A DNA stretch of 64,000 nucleotides, taken from IMG/VR virus record IMGVR_UViG_3300022934_002389, positions 62,001 to 126,000 of that record; one strand, given 5' to 3'. The notes beneath the pieces are model-generated. The model was not told where the DNA came from and ran no database searches. It was given only the letters and a program-made list of their open reading frames with translations. This document shows, piece by piece, positions 29,047 to 38,611 of the stretch. The translations under genes and the position numbers were made by a program. The DNA comes from an uncultured virus (IMG/VR IMGVR_UViG_3300022934_002389) (lineage: Duplodnaviria > Heunggongvirae > Uroviricota > Caudoviricetes). How positions within the stretch are numbered: the stretch's first letter is position 1; each line of letters begins with the position of its first letter.

Positions 29047-29514
29047 CTATGGGTAAACAATTTGACAGCCATTTTCGCCATCTTCGGCGACATCAATAAC
29101 AACAAAGCGGCCGGGATACTTTGCGTTAATCTGTGTGTACAAGTCATCTGCGATCATTTCGCACGACTTGTGATTTAGTTCAATAACCTTGTCGTCATAA
29201 AGACTTTCTAGCCAACGCTTGAACTGAATAAATTCAATGTCACGATCATTATGTGTAACTTGAATTTGTACCTTAAAATGAAAGATGTGTCTATGAGCCA
29301 CACCTAAAAAACTTACGTCATCCCAGCCACCTGTTGCTAGTGCTGGATCGTCTTTTGCCGCAGGATAAAGATGGATACCTTCTTTACGGAATGTTACCCA
29401 AATACTACGTTTTGCATTTTCTAATCTGTGTGAAATACTCAATTTTTTATCTTCCTGTCGCATTTTCCAAAGCATCCAATCATAATAACGCTTAGGTTCT
29501 TTGTCTCTACTCAT
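29047..29514 (-). CDS. QueD-like T-fold protein, DpdL-type (putative CDG decarboxylase)
   Basis: LGVAHRHIF matches LxxxHRHxF rather than QueD CxxxHGH; SCEMIA; EDGENG. Confidence 0.65.
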   Translation of the reverse strand: MSRDKEPKRYYDWMLWKMRQEDKKLSISHRLENAKRSIWVTFRKEGIHLYPAAKDDPALATGGWDDVSFLGVAHRHIFHFKVQIQVTHNDRDIEFIQFKRWLESLYDDKVIELNHKSCEMIADDLYTQINAKYPGRFVVIDVAEDGENGCQIVYP

Positions 29515-30079
29515 TTACTATAGTACCATTTTCAATACTTGTCAACTCGATAATTTCATCAGATCCATAATTAGACCAGTCAGTAAATTTTTTCCTATCC
29601 ATTAAGTCGTGTAAACTATGACACCAAACACCTGGATTAGTTGCCTTAAAATCTTTATCATCAATTTTCAACATAGTGTTATAATTCCATAGTTTGATAT
29701 ATGGAATAGGAACTCTTAGTTGCGGAATAAAATTTTCGTATTCTGTTAAACCACTTTCTAGAAATGCTTCTGCAAGTGCAATAGGAATATCTAAACTGCA
29801 ATAATAGTCTTCATTTAGACAATCCTTGATCATTGATTCCCACCATTCCCAGTCTTCATCTGTATCAGGATTAAAACTATGATTAGCACCAAAAAACAAA
29901 TGCTTAATTTTATTCAAATTAGCAATGCCCTTGATTTCTTCTAAAGGCTGTTTGCCTGTAATAAACAAAGTTTTTAAACCAAATGCAGGTGTACGTTCTA
30001 CTTCGTTACCAATGAAGTAAACAGCATCATCTGCTGAACCTGTAGCATAATCTCTATTCATTAATATTGAGCCTCCCAT
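29507..30079 (-). CDS. Conserved-looking hypothetical protein in the deazaguanine locus
   Basis: ORF (GNEVERTP, HLFFGANHS, NPGVWCH). Confidence 0.65.
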   Translation of the reverse strand: MGGSILMNRDYATGSADDAVYFIGNEVERTPAFGLKTLFITGKQPLEEIKGIANLNKIKHLFFGANHSFNPDTDEDWEWWESMIKDCLNEDYYCSLDIPIALAEAFLESGLTEYENFIPQLRVPIPYIKLWNYNTMLKIDDKDFKATNPGVWCHSLHDLMDRKKFTDWSNYGSDEIIELTSIENGTIVNE

Positions 30080-30375
30080 TCGTTGCCGCCGTTACCATAT
30101 TGAAGAACTTCTACTTTTTTAACACGATCATATCTAAAACTTCTAAAACCGTTTGATTCAATAGCCCATACAACAACATTTTTTTCATGTTTTTGTGTTG
30201 TATCTTTCTTTGGGTCTGGAAAGAAAGACGGCATAAGAGTACAAGGCATCACTCTTTCAGTGCCGTCTAATTTGTTAAAAGTTACTTCAACTACTTCTTT
30301 TTCTAATAGCGCAACTAATTCATCTTTTGTAGGAATACCCTTTAGGGCTGCTACTGTTTCTTCAACTTTTGCCAT
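30061..30375 (-). CDS. WYL-like/SH3 beta-barrel protein (DUF2693-like)
   Basis: VTFNKLDGTERVM.CTL...W......FRSFR. Confidence 0.6.
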   Translation of the reverse strand: MAKVEETVAALKGIPTKDELVALLEKEVVEVTFNKLDGTERVMPCTLMPSFFPDPKKDTTQKHEKNVVVWAIESNGFRSFRYDRVKKVEVLQYGNGGNEWEAQY

Positions 30376-30538
30376 TTTTAACCTTATACATCTCGTTCCA
30401 AATGTCCCAACGTTTTTTATTGTACTCATTTATTTGTTCATTAGTATAATTGTTTTTATGCATACTGTCAATGATTTTTTCAATTTCTTCTAAAGCCATT
30501 TCTAATGCTTCTAATCTAAGTTCTTTTTCCGAGCGCAA
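30362..30538 (-). CDS. Small hypothetical protein (58 aa)
   Basis: Hand-translated TTG-start ORF bridging neighbours. Confidence 0.4.
   Translation of the reverse strand: MRSEKELRLEALEMALEEIEKIIDSMHKNNYTNEQINEYNKKRWDIWNEMYKVKNGKS
30443..30471 (-). promoter_or_regulatory. Sigma70-like promoter TTGACA-17-TATACT
   Basis: Read directly; points into the DpdL-like/glycosyltransferase genes. Confidence 0.6.
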
Positions 30539-30704
30539 TGATATTCTCCAGTCTGTGTATTTCGTCTTTATACCAAAGTTTTTTTGTTTTTAATTTCCTA
30601 ATTGCGTCATCTACAATGTATGATTTTTCAAGTTCAATAATTTCTTCATCTAGTTTTCTGTGCTTTCTTTTCAGTTCGACTAAATGTTCTTCATGTCCCA
30701 TCAT
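30516..30704 (-). CDS. DUF465/YdcH-like coiled-coil protein
   Basis: LKRKHRKLDEEI...LKTKKL..KDEI. Confidence 0.6.
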   Translation of the reverse strand: MMGHEEHLVELKRKHRKLDEEIIELEKSYIVDDAIRKLKTKKLWYKDEIHRLENIIALGKRT

Positions 30705-32161
30705 TACAATTCCTCGAATAGATTGTTAAATTGCGTTTGAGCATTTACAATACGCTTGCCTGTATTGCCTCTAGTACCTATAATACTATCCCAGTATCTA
30801 GAAAATTCTAAAATGACAGCCTCGGCTTTTTGTCTGTCATCAGTTTCAAAAATTGCATCAACAACATCTCTAAACGCAATTCTATCAAATTTTTCTTGTA
30901 TCAACATATTAGGAATAATACCTGCGTCATATTGACGGTTTGCTTCTTGTACAGCATTAATGTGCATCCATACATTGTGACCCATCATAATTGCATACGA
31001 GAAACTATCCCATGAAGTTTTTCCTTCTTTACCGATCTTATTTAGATCGCCCGGACCGTATATACAAATTTCTTTTGCTTGTAGTCCTGTTGTTATAGGC
31101 GAATCTAAGAAACTAGGATGTTTTCCTTCTCTAACAAAAGCTTGTCCAAAAGCAGTTGTATCATTTGCAAGTGCTTTGTCGTCGATACTAGGTACCATTC
31201 TATATACCCACTTGCTTCTATCTTCTGTTTCTAGTTCACAGTAAATCTGTCCATTAGCAGTTGCAAGGAAAGGCGAAGCACAATCAAATGTAATAGTAAA
31301 GTTTTCGTTATGATATTTGCGCACTGCTCTTTGAATGTCAGTGAGCAGTGTAGCCCACTCTAGTTTTGAAGTTCCTAAGAAGTGCATGAAATCATGTTTG
31401 CCTTTTTCAAGCAATCCGTCAAAACGTAACGCAACAACACGTTTAAGTGCTAGGTGTACATCGCACATATTTTGTCCACCCATTGACCATCCGTTGAAAT
31501 GATCTTCATATTTTTTAGGATCACAGTAGTCTTTCATTTGATCGTACCAGTCATCTGCGTCTGCATGATTCTCGCCTTGTAGTACGTTCAAAAACTTACA
31601 AGCACCTGTACGATGCTTCATCCAGTAGTCATTATTAATACGTGTTGCTTTAACTGCTTCTTGGTAAGTTGAAATGCCAGTTGCTTTTGCACCTGCAGGC
31701 GAACGTGCAACCCATGCCGGAATATCAAGGATCATACCGTAGTCCATATAAGCATCCATCCAACGCAGTACGCCATCACGTTTCTTTTGTGCCTTTGGAC
31801 AGTTTGGATCTTTCCAGTCACCTTCCCAAACACCCTTACCAATCTGGAAGCCACCTGAGTCGCCAAGTAGCCAAGTGTTTGCTCTGTCTCTGTTACGCAC
31901 CATATCTTCCTTAGGTGCATGTTTTGTAGTATCTAAGTCAGCATGTCCTGCTGAGTATAATGTCCACTTATATTGAAACTGTCCTTGATCTTTATTTAGA
32001 TAGTTAAGACTTTCAACACCATTATTTAAATTACTAGGTATTCTAGCAGGGTCGACATAGTTTTCAAAACGCTGTTTGCCTACGTAAGTAGCATAAAAGC
32101 CACTCAACGCGGGCAGAAAAACAGCATAGTCATTTTGTGTTGCAGTTAAATTTGTATTCAT
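30704..32161 (-). CDS. dpdA: TGT-fold transglycosylase, DpdA-like (7-deazaguanine insertion into DNA)
   Basis: DSGGFQ, LDIP, VLQG, HFLG, FD motifs; context with folE/queE and replication genes. Confidence 0.75.
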   Translation of the reverse strand: MNTNLTATQNDYAVFLPALSGFYATYVGKQRFENYVDPARIPSNLNNGVESLNYLNKDQGQFQYKWTLYSAGHADLDTTKHAPKEDMVRNRDRANTWLLGDSGGFQIGKGVWEGDWKDPNCPKAQKKRDGVLRWMDAYMDYGMILDIPAWVARSPAGAKATGISTYQEAVKATRINNDYWMKHRTGACKFLNVLQGENHADADDWYDQMKDYCDPKKYEDHFNGWSMGGQNMCDVHLALKRVVALRFDGLLEKGKHDFMHFLGTSKLEWATLLTDIQRAVRKYHNENFTITFDCASPFLATANGQIYCELETEDRSKWVYRMVPSIDDKALANDTTAFGQAFVREGKHPSFLDSPITTGLQAKEICIYGPGDLNKIGKEGKTSWDSFSYAIMMGHNVWMHINAVQEANRQYDAGIIPNMLIQEKFDRIAFRDVVDAIFETDDRQKAEAVILEFSRYWDSIIGTRGNTGKRIVNAQTQFNNLFEEL

Positions 32162-32889
32162 TATTTACTTTGTGCTGGCAGGATATAGTCATACTTGGCC
32201 ATACCACTGTCTACTGTAATCATCATAGCACCTTGATCTGTGATGCTAATTTTCTTATCGCCATCTAGCCCTAAAATAGAAATAGTTTGCGCAACTGGCC
32301 ATGCCCAAGTATGTTGTAAGTTTCCGCCAACATCATGTTGGAATGTAAACTTACCCGCATGTGTATTCAAGTCACCAAAGTAAAAATTAAGATTTCCATC
32401 TTCTGTCTTAACTTGGAATACAGGTTCTTCTGAATGAGCACCGGCCATTAGTTTCATACGTGCAATTGCTGCAACACTTGGTTGAAATTCTACATCCCAT
32501 GTGCTACCTTTAAATTTTACACTTTTTAGTTTTTCTTCAATAATCGCTTTGTTCATAAAGCGATAATCATTTTGGAAGTCTCCACCTTCATTTTCAAAAT
32601 GAATGTGTGTTGGAATAGTTTCACCATTCCGATCTTCTTGCACTACGTCAATTTTTGCTTTATCTTGATATTCTGGGTTCTTCAAATGATATGCAAGTTT
32701 GTTAAGATCTGGCATACCAAATGTACCTACAAATTCTGACACTGGCGAATGTGTTGTAGCACTAAGTACAACACTTCTATCTTCCGCCATACTTTCAATA
32801 CTTGTCTCTTGTTCTGCTACAACTTTTAATGTTGTAATAAAGCCGAGACTATGTGTGTGCGACACAACATCTTGTAAGATATCTTTCAT
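32161..32889 (-). CDS. Putative DNA sliding clamp (gp45-like)
   Basis: 242 aa, two-domain beta-rich pattern ending YILPA; near DNA polymerase. Confidence 0.55.
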   Translation of the reverse strand: MKDILQDVVSHTHSLGFITTLKVVAEQETSIESMAEDRSVVLSATTHSPVSEFVGTFGMPDLNKLAYHLKNPEYQDKAKIDVVQEDRNGETIPTHIHFENEGGDFQNDYRFMNKAIIEEKLKSVKFKGSTWDVEFQPSVAAIARMKLMAGAHSEEPVFQVKTEDGNLNFYFGDLNTHAGKFTFQHDVGGNLQHTWAWPVAQTISILGLDGDKKISITDQGAMMITVDSGMAKYDYILPAQSK

Positions 32890-33662
32890 ACTGTTTCTCC
32901 ATTGTTAAGTTCTATTATATTGCCTAGTGTGTTGTTTGTCAATAGTTTTTCTATCGAGTATTTAGGTTTAAAGCCTAATGTTTTAATTTTTTCCATATTT
33001 GCACAAGTCCATTGTCTTTCATTTGGGGTATTTAGACGGATGGGCAAATCTTCTGCAAAGTCACGGACACGAAAAGGATGTCCTGTACCTATATCAATTT
33101 CTCCTTTATACTTGCTATTCATGCACAATTCTATTGCATCACATACATCTTCAATATGTATAAAATCTCTATAATGATTTGTAACATATTCAAGTTCTCC
33201 GTCTAGATACTTTTGCATAAACATTCCTTTGCGTGGAATATCTGAATACACTGTATGAAATCTCATGCATAGTGTATTTGAATAACATGATGCTGCTTCT
33301 TCTACAATATATTTGCTGGCTGCATATGGATTTAGATGTGGTTCATATGCTGAACTAGAACTTGCAATCAACATACGTGTATCTGGATAGCGTTCTAAAA
33401 GTCTTTTGGTAACTTCTACATTATTTTGCCAATAGCCTGCAGGATCATTCATTGATTCACGAACACCACTTTTTCCTGCTAGGTGTATAATTAAATCAAA
33501 TTCTTCTTTCAATTCACAAGTTGTCAGATCTTGACTGTTGTTAAGTTTGTCTCTATCCCAACCGTCCTTAAGATCAAACCCTACAACACTATGTTTTTTT
33601 GTAAGTCTTTTTAGTAAATGACTTCCAATAAAGCCTCTATGGCCTGTTAACATAACTTTCAT
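32886..33662 (-). CDS. NAD-dependent epimerase/dehydratase (extended SDR)
   Basis: TGHRGFIG, HLAG, ASSS, YAASK, RDFIHIED. Confidence 0.88.
   Translation of the reverse strand: MKVMLTGHRGFIGSHLLKRLTKKHSVVGFDLKDGWDRDKLNNSQDLTTCELKEEFDLIIHLAGKSGVRESMNDPAGYWQNNVEVTKRLLERYPDTRMLIASSSSAYEPHLNPYAASKYIVEEAASCYSNTLCMRFHTVYSDIPRKGMFMQKYLDGELEYVTNHYRDFIHIEDVCDAIELCMNSKYKGEIDIGTGHPFRVRDFAEDLPIRLNTPNERQWTCANMEKIKTLGFKPKYSIEKLLTNNTLGNIIELNNGETV
32914..32942 (-). promoter_or_regulatory. Consensus sigma70 promoter TTGACA-17-TATAAT
   Basis: Perfect consensus upstream of the clamp and dpdA genes. Confidence 0.75.
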
Positions 33663-34353
33663 TTAAGATCTCCATTGTATCCTTCCAGTCTTTGACATGA
33701 TAGGATTTACCATTGCCTCTTTTGGCAATTGCAGTTGATAATGGTTCGTCATTACCACCAGGTTCTTGTTTATCGCCAAAAAAGATTAGTTTGTCATGGT
33801 CGTTAAAATCATTAATAATTTGTGATTTGTCACAACCTGTAGGATAGATATCAATACCTGTTTCTCCTCCTACTTTTGCTGTAATGTTTTCAAATTCTGT
33901 GTTAATTTGATAAGCAATACTTTCACGTTCTCTACTTTCGAGATCGTGTTTAATATATAATTTACGTTCGCCTAGTGTGCAATTACGCCCTACAATTGAA
34001 AAGTTTACACAACCTGGACGTACTTCGATATGGTTTCCTGTGCGTAAAGGAAAATTACTTGCTTGTAGCCATCCATTCATTAAATCCATAAGTTCTTTTG
34101 GTGCCGTCCAGTCGTTAGTTTTTACATTTACACCGTGACTCCAAACATCATTACCAGAACAATTATAAACAACTTTTGCTGTGTTAAACAAAACATTTCC
34201 AATTTGTTCAACTGTTTTATCTTTGTCACTACCGGTAATCAGATAAACATCGTTAGTTGTTACAAAATCAAAAAAGAATTTGTTAAACTCAGGATCAATA
34301 GTTTGTCTACTAGGAGTTAGTGTTCCGTCGACATCAAAAATAAACTTATTCAT
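33637..34353 (-). CDS. HAD-family phosphomannomutase (eukaryotic PMM-like)
   Basis: FDVDGTLT, TGSD, NFSIVGR, GG..GIDI.P.G.DK, FFGDK..PGGND. Confidence 0.8.
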   Translation of the reverse strand: MNKFIFDVDGTLTPSRQTIDPEFNKFFFDFVTTNDVYLITGSDKDKTVEQIGNVLFNTAKVVYNCSGNDVWSHGVNVKTNDWTAPKELMDLMNGWLQASNFPLRTGNHIEVRPGCVNFSIVGRNCTLGERKLYIKHDLESRERESIAYQINTEFENITAKVGGETGIDIYPTGCDKSQIINDFNDHDKLIFFGDKQEPGGNDEPLSTAIAKRGNGKSYHVKDWKDTMEILNESYVNRP

Positions 34354-34504
34354 TTATGCATACCGCCTTTTCTCCTTCTGTAAACAATGCTTCAAGAACT
34401 GCTGCATTTATACTGCATTGCTGCTGTGTATTATACTCGTTAAATTTTGTAACTTTATATTCATCAATATCTACAAGTGAACTAATTATCAATAGTGTCC
34501 ACAT
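34346..34504 (-). CDS. Small hypothetical protein (52 aa, MWTLLIISS...)
   Basis: Hand-translated ORF, coupled to the PMM gene. Confidence 0.45.
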   Translation of the reverse strand: MWTLLIISSLVDIDEYKVTKFNEYNTQQQCSINAAVLEALFTEGEKAVCINE

Positions 34505-34637
34505 CATCTTTTTCCTCTCTTATTATAAAGTGTACTTTTACAATACCTTTCTTTTCTTTTTTGATATAAAATTCTAACCCATTCTCTATAAAAATTTTTC
34601 TAAGTTCATTAAGTGTTGGATCGGTATCTCGTATCAT
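34482..34637 (-). CDS. Small hypothetical protein (51 aa)
   Basis: Hand-translated ORF filling the gap. Confidence 0.4.
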   Translation of the reverse strand: MIRDTDPTLNELRKIFIENGLEFYIKKEKKGIVKVHFIIREEKDDVDTIDN

Positions 34638-34649
34638 CCTTGTTGCGCC

Positions 34650-35069
34650 TTATGCATTTGATTCCCTTTCGCATACTCGTTTTCTTAAATCGCTGCTTGA
34701 GAAGCGGTGATCTCTTTTGTTGAAATGTAGCTGGATACCCCGCTTCTTGCAAATATCCTTGCCAGTAAAATCCTTTTCACGATACTCTTCACCTAGTATT
34801 CTAACATCAATATGATACATTGTCAAGATATCTTCTAGGTCCTGTTCAGTTGCATAAGGAATTATTTCATCTACATAACTCACTCCTTTGAGTTGTGTAT
34901 AACGTTCCACTATAGTTTGTACAGGTGGATTCTTCTCTGGCCTATCTACACTGGGATCCATTTGCAATCCGCATATAAGATAGTCACATTGTTCTTTTGC
35001 TTCACGTAGCATTTGTACATGTCCTGCATGTAACAAATCAAATGTTGAACAAGTAAATCCTACTTTCAT
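34650..35069 (-). CDS. Cytidylyltransferase (TagD-like)
   Basis: FDLLHAGH, ER...L..VDEI, RFSSS. Confidence 0.85.
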   Translation of the reverse strand: MKVGFTCSTFDLLHAGHVQMLREAKEQCDYLICGLQMDPSVDRPEKNPPVQTIVERYTQLKGVSYVDEIIPYATEQDLEDILTMYHIDVRILGEEYREKDFTGKDICKKRGIQLHFNKRDHRFSSSDLRKRVCERESNA

Positions 35070-35335
35070 TCGTACCAATGCCTCCTTTTTCTATTAAAAC
35101 CCATTTCTTCATCATACTTTTTTATTGCATGATTTATTATTGTCCATTTTACCCAACTTTCCCAACAGTGATCATTATTTCTAAATATTATATTAATAAT
35201 ATACACTAGATTTATTTTATTGTCACGTTTTCTTTGCCAGTTCCTTGCACTAAATGTTTGGTTAATTCTGCCTCCAAGTATAACATTTATAAAAATACTA
35301 AATGCTATAGAAAGTCTTTTAAGATACTTCTTCAT
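35066..35335 (-). CDS. Hypothetical protein
   Basis: ORF in operon. Confidence 0.55.
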   Translation of the reverse strand: MKKYLKRLSIAFSIFINVILGGRINQTFSARNWQRKRDNKINLVYIINIIFRNNDHCWESWVKWTIINHAIKKYDEEMGFNRKRRHWYE

Positions 35336-35570
35336 TGCTCCCTAAAAGTTTATCGTCATTATTTGCTAACATGTTATCTTTAATATCATAAATCTGTTCA
35401 TGTTTAATCATAGTTATTATAGTATTAGTTAGGTCGACTTCTCTACGCAAGTATCCAATCTTAGTTTGTAATTTTTGTAGTTCTTCCAAATAATACTCTA
35501 ATTCTTTTTCTTTGCGTAACTTTTGTTCTATAAAGTCTGTGATAAGAATAAGTTTTTGTTCTTCACTCAT
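35319..35570 (-). CDS. Hypothetical coiled-coil protein
   Basis: ORF in operon. Confidence 0.6.
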   Translation of the reverse strand: MSEEQKLILITDFIEQKLRKEKELEYYLEELQKLQTKIGYLRREVDLTNTIITMIKHEQIYDIKDNMLANNDDKLLGSNEEVS

Positions 35571-35841
35571 TTAATAAAGTACTCCATTTTTTTAATTTTT
35601 CACGTTTTTTGTTGGAACGTTCAGCAACTTCAACATGAGTAACAATTCCATGATCAATCATAAGTTCGATCATACACTGCACATCGCCAATTTCTTCCAT
35701 CAATTTAACACGCTGATCTTCTTCAATTAATTTAGTTGTAGCGTATTTCCGCATAATCTTACTACAACGTTGTGTAAGTTCTCCACATTCTTCCATAGTA
35801 ATTGTCATTAGTTGTTGTAATTTGTTAATAGGACTTTCCAT
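35563..35841 (-). CDS. MazG-like nucleotide pyrophosphohydrolase
   Basis: EECGEL...EEIGDV. Confidence 0.75.
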   Translation of the reverse strand: MESPINKLQQLMTITMEECGELTQRCSKIMRKYATTKLIEEDQRVKLMEEIGDVQCMIELMIDHGIVTHVEVAERSNKKREKLKKWSTLLNE

Positions 35842-35842
35842 A

Positions 35843-38539
35843 TTATACTCCAAATTCAAATAGACTGTTAAATGTAGTGTGCTGTTTTGTATCTTCTAGT
35901 GGATAGTTTAGCACACCGATTAAATTGTCTAGTTTGTTGTCAATAATAGTTTCTGCCATTGCTGCATCATCAAATGGCAAGTCTTTAAACCATTCTGGGA
36001 TACGCAATTCGTCTGTTGGATACGCAACACTTGTATAACCTAGCGGATTCTGTTTTAATTTGCATACGATAACCTTCATACCATCTACAATTTCCTGCGA
36101 ATACTTGTCGCCATTCATACGTTTAAGTGTATTCCAATTAATACTTGCTCTCACATGTCCGGGCATGTTTGCTTTGCCTTGCTTTTCTTCAAGACGCTGA
36201 TAGTGTCCGATCTTGTTTGCACGTTTAGGAGCACCCTTTTCCCATCCTGGACGTTCTGAAAATTCTTTTCTAAATTCAGTAATACGATCAAGAATTTCTT
36301 TTTGAGTTTTTTCTTGAAGTACCATCATAAGAATTTCTTTCAAAAAATCTTGCATGTATACCGGAGTATCTGATCTACGCAAATCTAAGCCCATTGCTTT
36401 TACTTTGCCCGGCTTGCCATCTGTGTCGCTTCTAAAGCCTTCTACGTCATACACAAGTGCTGCGTAACGCTTCTTAGTAATATATAAGCCAGACTCTGCA
36501 ACAATTTCTCTACCTGCTGCAATAACGTCTGAGCGGCTCTTAGGGCAATGGAATGCTTGCATCATAAAATCTGGAAACGTTGCATTTGCTGCTTCGCACA
36601 CTTGATCATACAGTGTAATTACATTGTCTTTGCTCCAAGGAATATTACCCGCATCAATTTCTTTACGTAGTGTTGGATATGCACTAAAGTAACAAGAGTC
36701 AGTATCACCATATATCATTGCTTCGCCGACATGATCATATTCACCTGTAATTACTTTGTTTACTTCTGCACTCATGTGCTTAACAATAGTACGACCAGTA
36801 AGGGTAGTTGATTGGCCAATACGTTTATCAAAGAATCTACAACCTGGATTCAAAATAGCACCGTACAAACTATTCAAGTTAATTTTTTTAACAAGTTGTC
36901 GTTTATCCCAGTATTCAATTTCTGCTTCGTTTTCTGCTTCTTTTGCTTTCTTAAGCATCTTTTGCATATCTTTGCGTTCTGCATACCAACGCTTTAGGAT
37001 ACCAGGAATAACGCCTTCAAACTCTGTAGTAAAAATAGTACCGTTTGAACTTAGCATCCAAGGCATGTTTGAATCAAAAACAAGTTTATGTATTTCAGCA
37101 GCACTTAATACATCTGAACGACCATCTTCCCAATCAACTGTTAGTGCAACATCTTTACGTTGATCCATGACTGCTTCATATTCTTCTGTACTAAAGCGAC
37201 CTTCCCAACTACCTGCAAATGACTTTTTCTTTAGCCCCATATCTTCAGTAACACGAGCTTCACTTATTTCTGGACGTATTTGCCCTATGATAGTTTCTGG
37301 AGCCATGTTCAATGCACGAATCACACTTGGATACAGACTGTTTAAGTCCATTGAGCCAATCCATTTGTGTACACCTTTTTTAGGAAACGCAACATACGCA
37401 CCTGCTGCCTGTGTGTTTTCGTCATCACGTTTTGGACGATTAGGAACACGTAGATCTCTGTTGTGTGCTTCGTTAATAATGCCTTGTTCTGTAACAGCAA
37501 CCGCACCCATAGTTGTTTGCAGTAGCACAGTGTTTTCGTGTGCAACTGTGTTGCTTAGATCGATAAAACGTAATTTCTTATCTAGTTTGTCAAGTAGTGC
37601 AACGTCTTGTCTATTATATTCGATAAATGTTTCAAAGTCTTGATTATACAATTGATCAAGTGTACCTTCATAAACAGTTTTGTTTTCGCCTACTTCAATT
37701 TCACCAATTGCATCTAGTCGATAAGTGTGTCTTTCTTCATATGTGTACTTGCGATACAGTTCAAGACTGTCTAAATGCACACGACCTACAAAGTCATATG
37801 TTTCTGACGTTTTACCAAATTTTTCATATTCACGCTTCTTGGGCATTTGCCCCCAAAGACAAAAGCGTCTGCAATCGTCATTACTTAATACACGTTTGAT
37901 TCTATTTACAGTATAAGGAACATCATAGCCTTCTGAGTTCCAACCACTTTGTACATCTGCATCTTCAAGTAAATCCAAAAAAGTTAGCAACATCTGACGT
38001 TCGCCGTCACCGTCTTTGTCGTTAGTGAAAAGTATTACTTCGTCTCCCCAACGTTCTTTACACATAGCAACAGCATCTTCATGCTTCATACCTTTAGGCG
38101 GAACAGCAAGTGTAATTAGCGCACTGTCTAGCCACTGTAAACATACAGTGATAGCAGTGATCGGCATAAACGGATCTTCTACCGGAGCAAAGCCTCGCTC
38201 TGGATCAAAGTCAGTCTCAATATCCCAAAATGCAATGTTTAGTTTAGGTGCGTCTTGGTTAAGATAGTTTTCACTGAGACATTGGAAGATTGGATTAATG
38301 TCGCTTTCAAACAAGTTCTTGCCTTTGTTAATAGCAACTTCTTTTCGAAAGTCTTTTGTGTTTTTACACACAATACGTGTAAGAGGATCTCCATAAACAC
38401 TTTTGTATTTGCCTCTTTGATCTTCATAATAAAATGTATATTTTGCTTGATATTCGTGGAAATGTCGCTTTCCATCTTTGCGTTCTACAACACGAATGAT
38501 ATCTTGATCACGGTCAAAGAATGCATCTACATAACTCAT
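35843..38539 (-). CDS. Family B DNA polymerase with 3'-5' exonuclease
   Basis: DIETD, NSEGYD, DLNSLYPS, K..LNSLYG, YGDTDS, KKRY. Confidence 0.95.
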   Translation of the reverse strand: MSYVDAFFDRDQDIIRVVERKDGKRHFHEYQAKYTFYYEDQRGKYKSVYGDPLTRIVCKNTKDFRKEVAINKGKNLFESDINPIFQCLSENYLNQDAPKLNIAFWDIETDFDPERGFAPVEDPFMPITAITVCLQWLDSALITLAVPPKGMKHEDAVAMCKERWGDEVILFTNDKDGDGERQMLLTFLDLLEDADVQSGWNSEGYDVPYTVNRIKRVLSNDDCRRFCLWGQMPKKREYEKFGKTSETYDFVGRVHLDSLELYRKYTYEERHTYRLDAIGEIEVGENKTVYEGTLDQLYNQDFETFIEYNRQDVALLDKLDKKLRFIDLSNTVAHENTVLLQTTMGAVAVTEQGIINEAHNRDLRVPNRPKRDDENTQAAGAYVAFPKKGVHKWIGSMDLNSLYPSVIRALNMAPETIIGQIRPEISEARVTEDMGLKKKSFAGSWEGRFSTEEYEAVMDQRKDVALTVDWEDGRSDVLSAAEIHKLVFDSNMPWMLSSNGTIFTTEFEGVIPGILKRWYAERKDMQKMLKKAKEAENEAEIEYWDKRQLVKKINLNSLYGAILNPGCRFFDKRIGQSTTLTGRTIVKHMSAEVNKVITGEYDHVGEAMIYGDTDSCYFSAYPTLRKEIDAGNIPWSKDNVITLYDQVCEAANATFPDFMMQAFHCPKSRSDVIAAGREIVAESGLYITKKRYAALVYDVEGFRSDTDGKPGKVKAMGLDLRRSDTPVYMQDFLKEILMMVLQEKTQKEILDRITEFRKEFSERPGWEKGAPKRANKIGHYQRLEEKQGKANMPGHVRASINWNTLKRMNGDKYSQEIVDGMKVIVCKLKQNPLGYTSVAYPTDELRIPEWFKDLPFDDAAMAETIIDNKLDNLIGVLNYPLEDTKQHTTFNSLFEFGV

Positions 38540-38544
38540 TTATT

Positions 38545-38568
38545 CTCCTTCGTTGTTTCTGGCCAACG
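38545..38568 (-). promoter_or_regulatory. 5-bp stem / 8-nt loop hairpin abutting the DNA polymerase SD
   Basis: Minus strand CGTTG-GCCAGAAA-CAACG-AAGGAG. Confidence 0.5.
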
Positions 38569-38611
38569 GACCTTCTACATGCTCGTAATGTGAGCGACTC
38601 ATTATTATATA

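Noticed and set aside
30704..32161. Calling this a tRNA-guanine transglycosylase (tgt)
   Set aside because: I did not see the C-terminal zinc-binding motif of bacterial Tgt, and it is coupled to the clamp gene; a DNA-acting DpdA fits better
36756..38593. Several plus-strand ORFs opposite the DNA polymerase (similar ones lie opposite clpA, the fibre and VWA genes)
   Set aside because: Antisense shadows of codon-biased genes with no motifs or RBS
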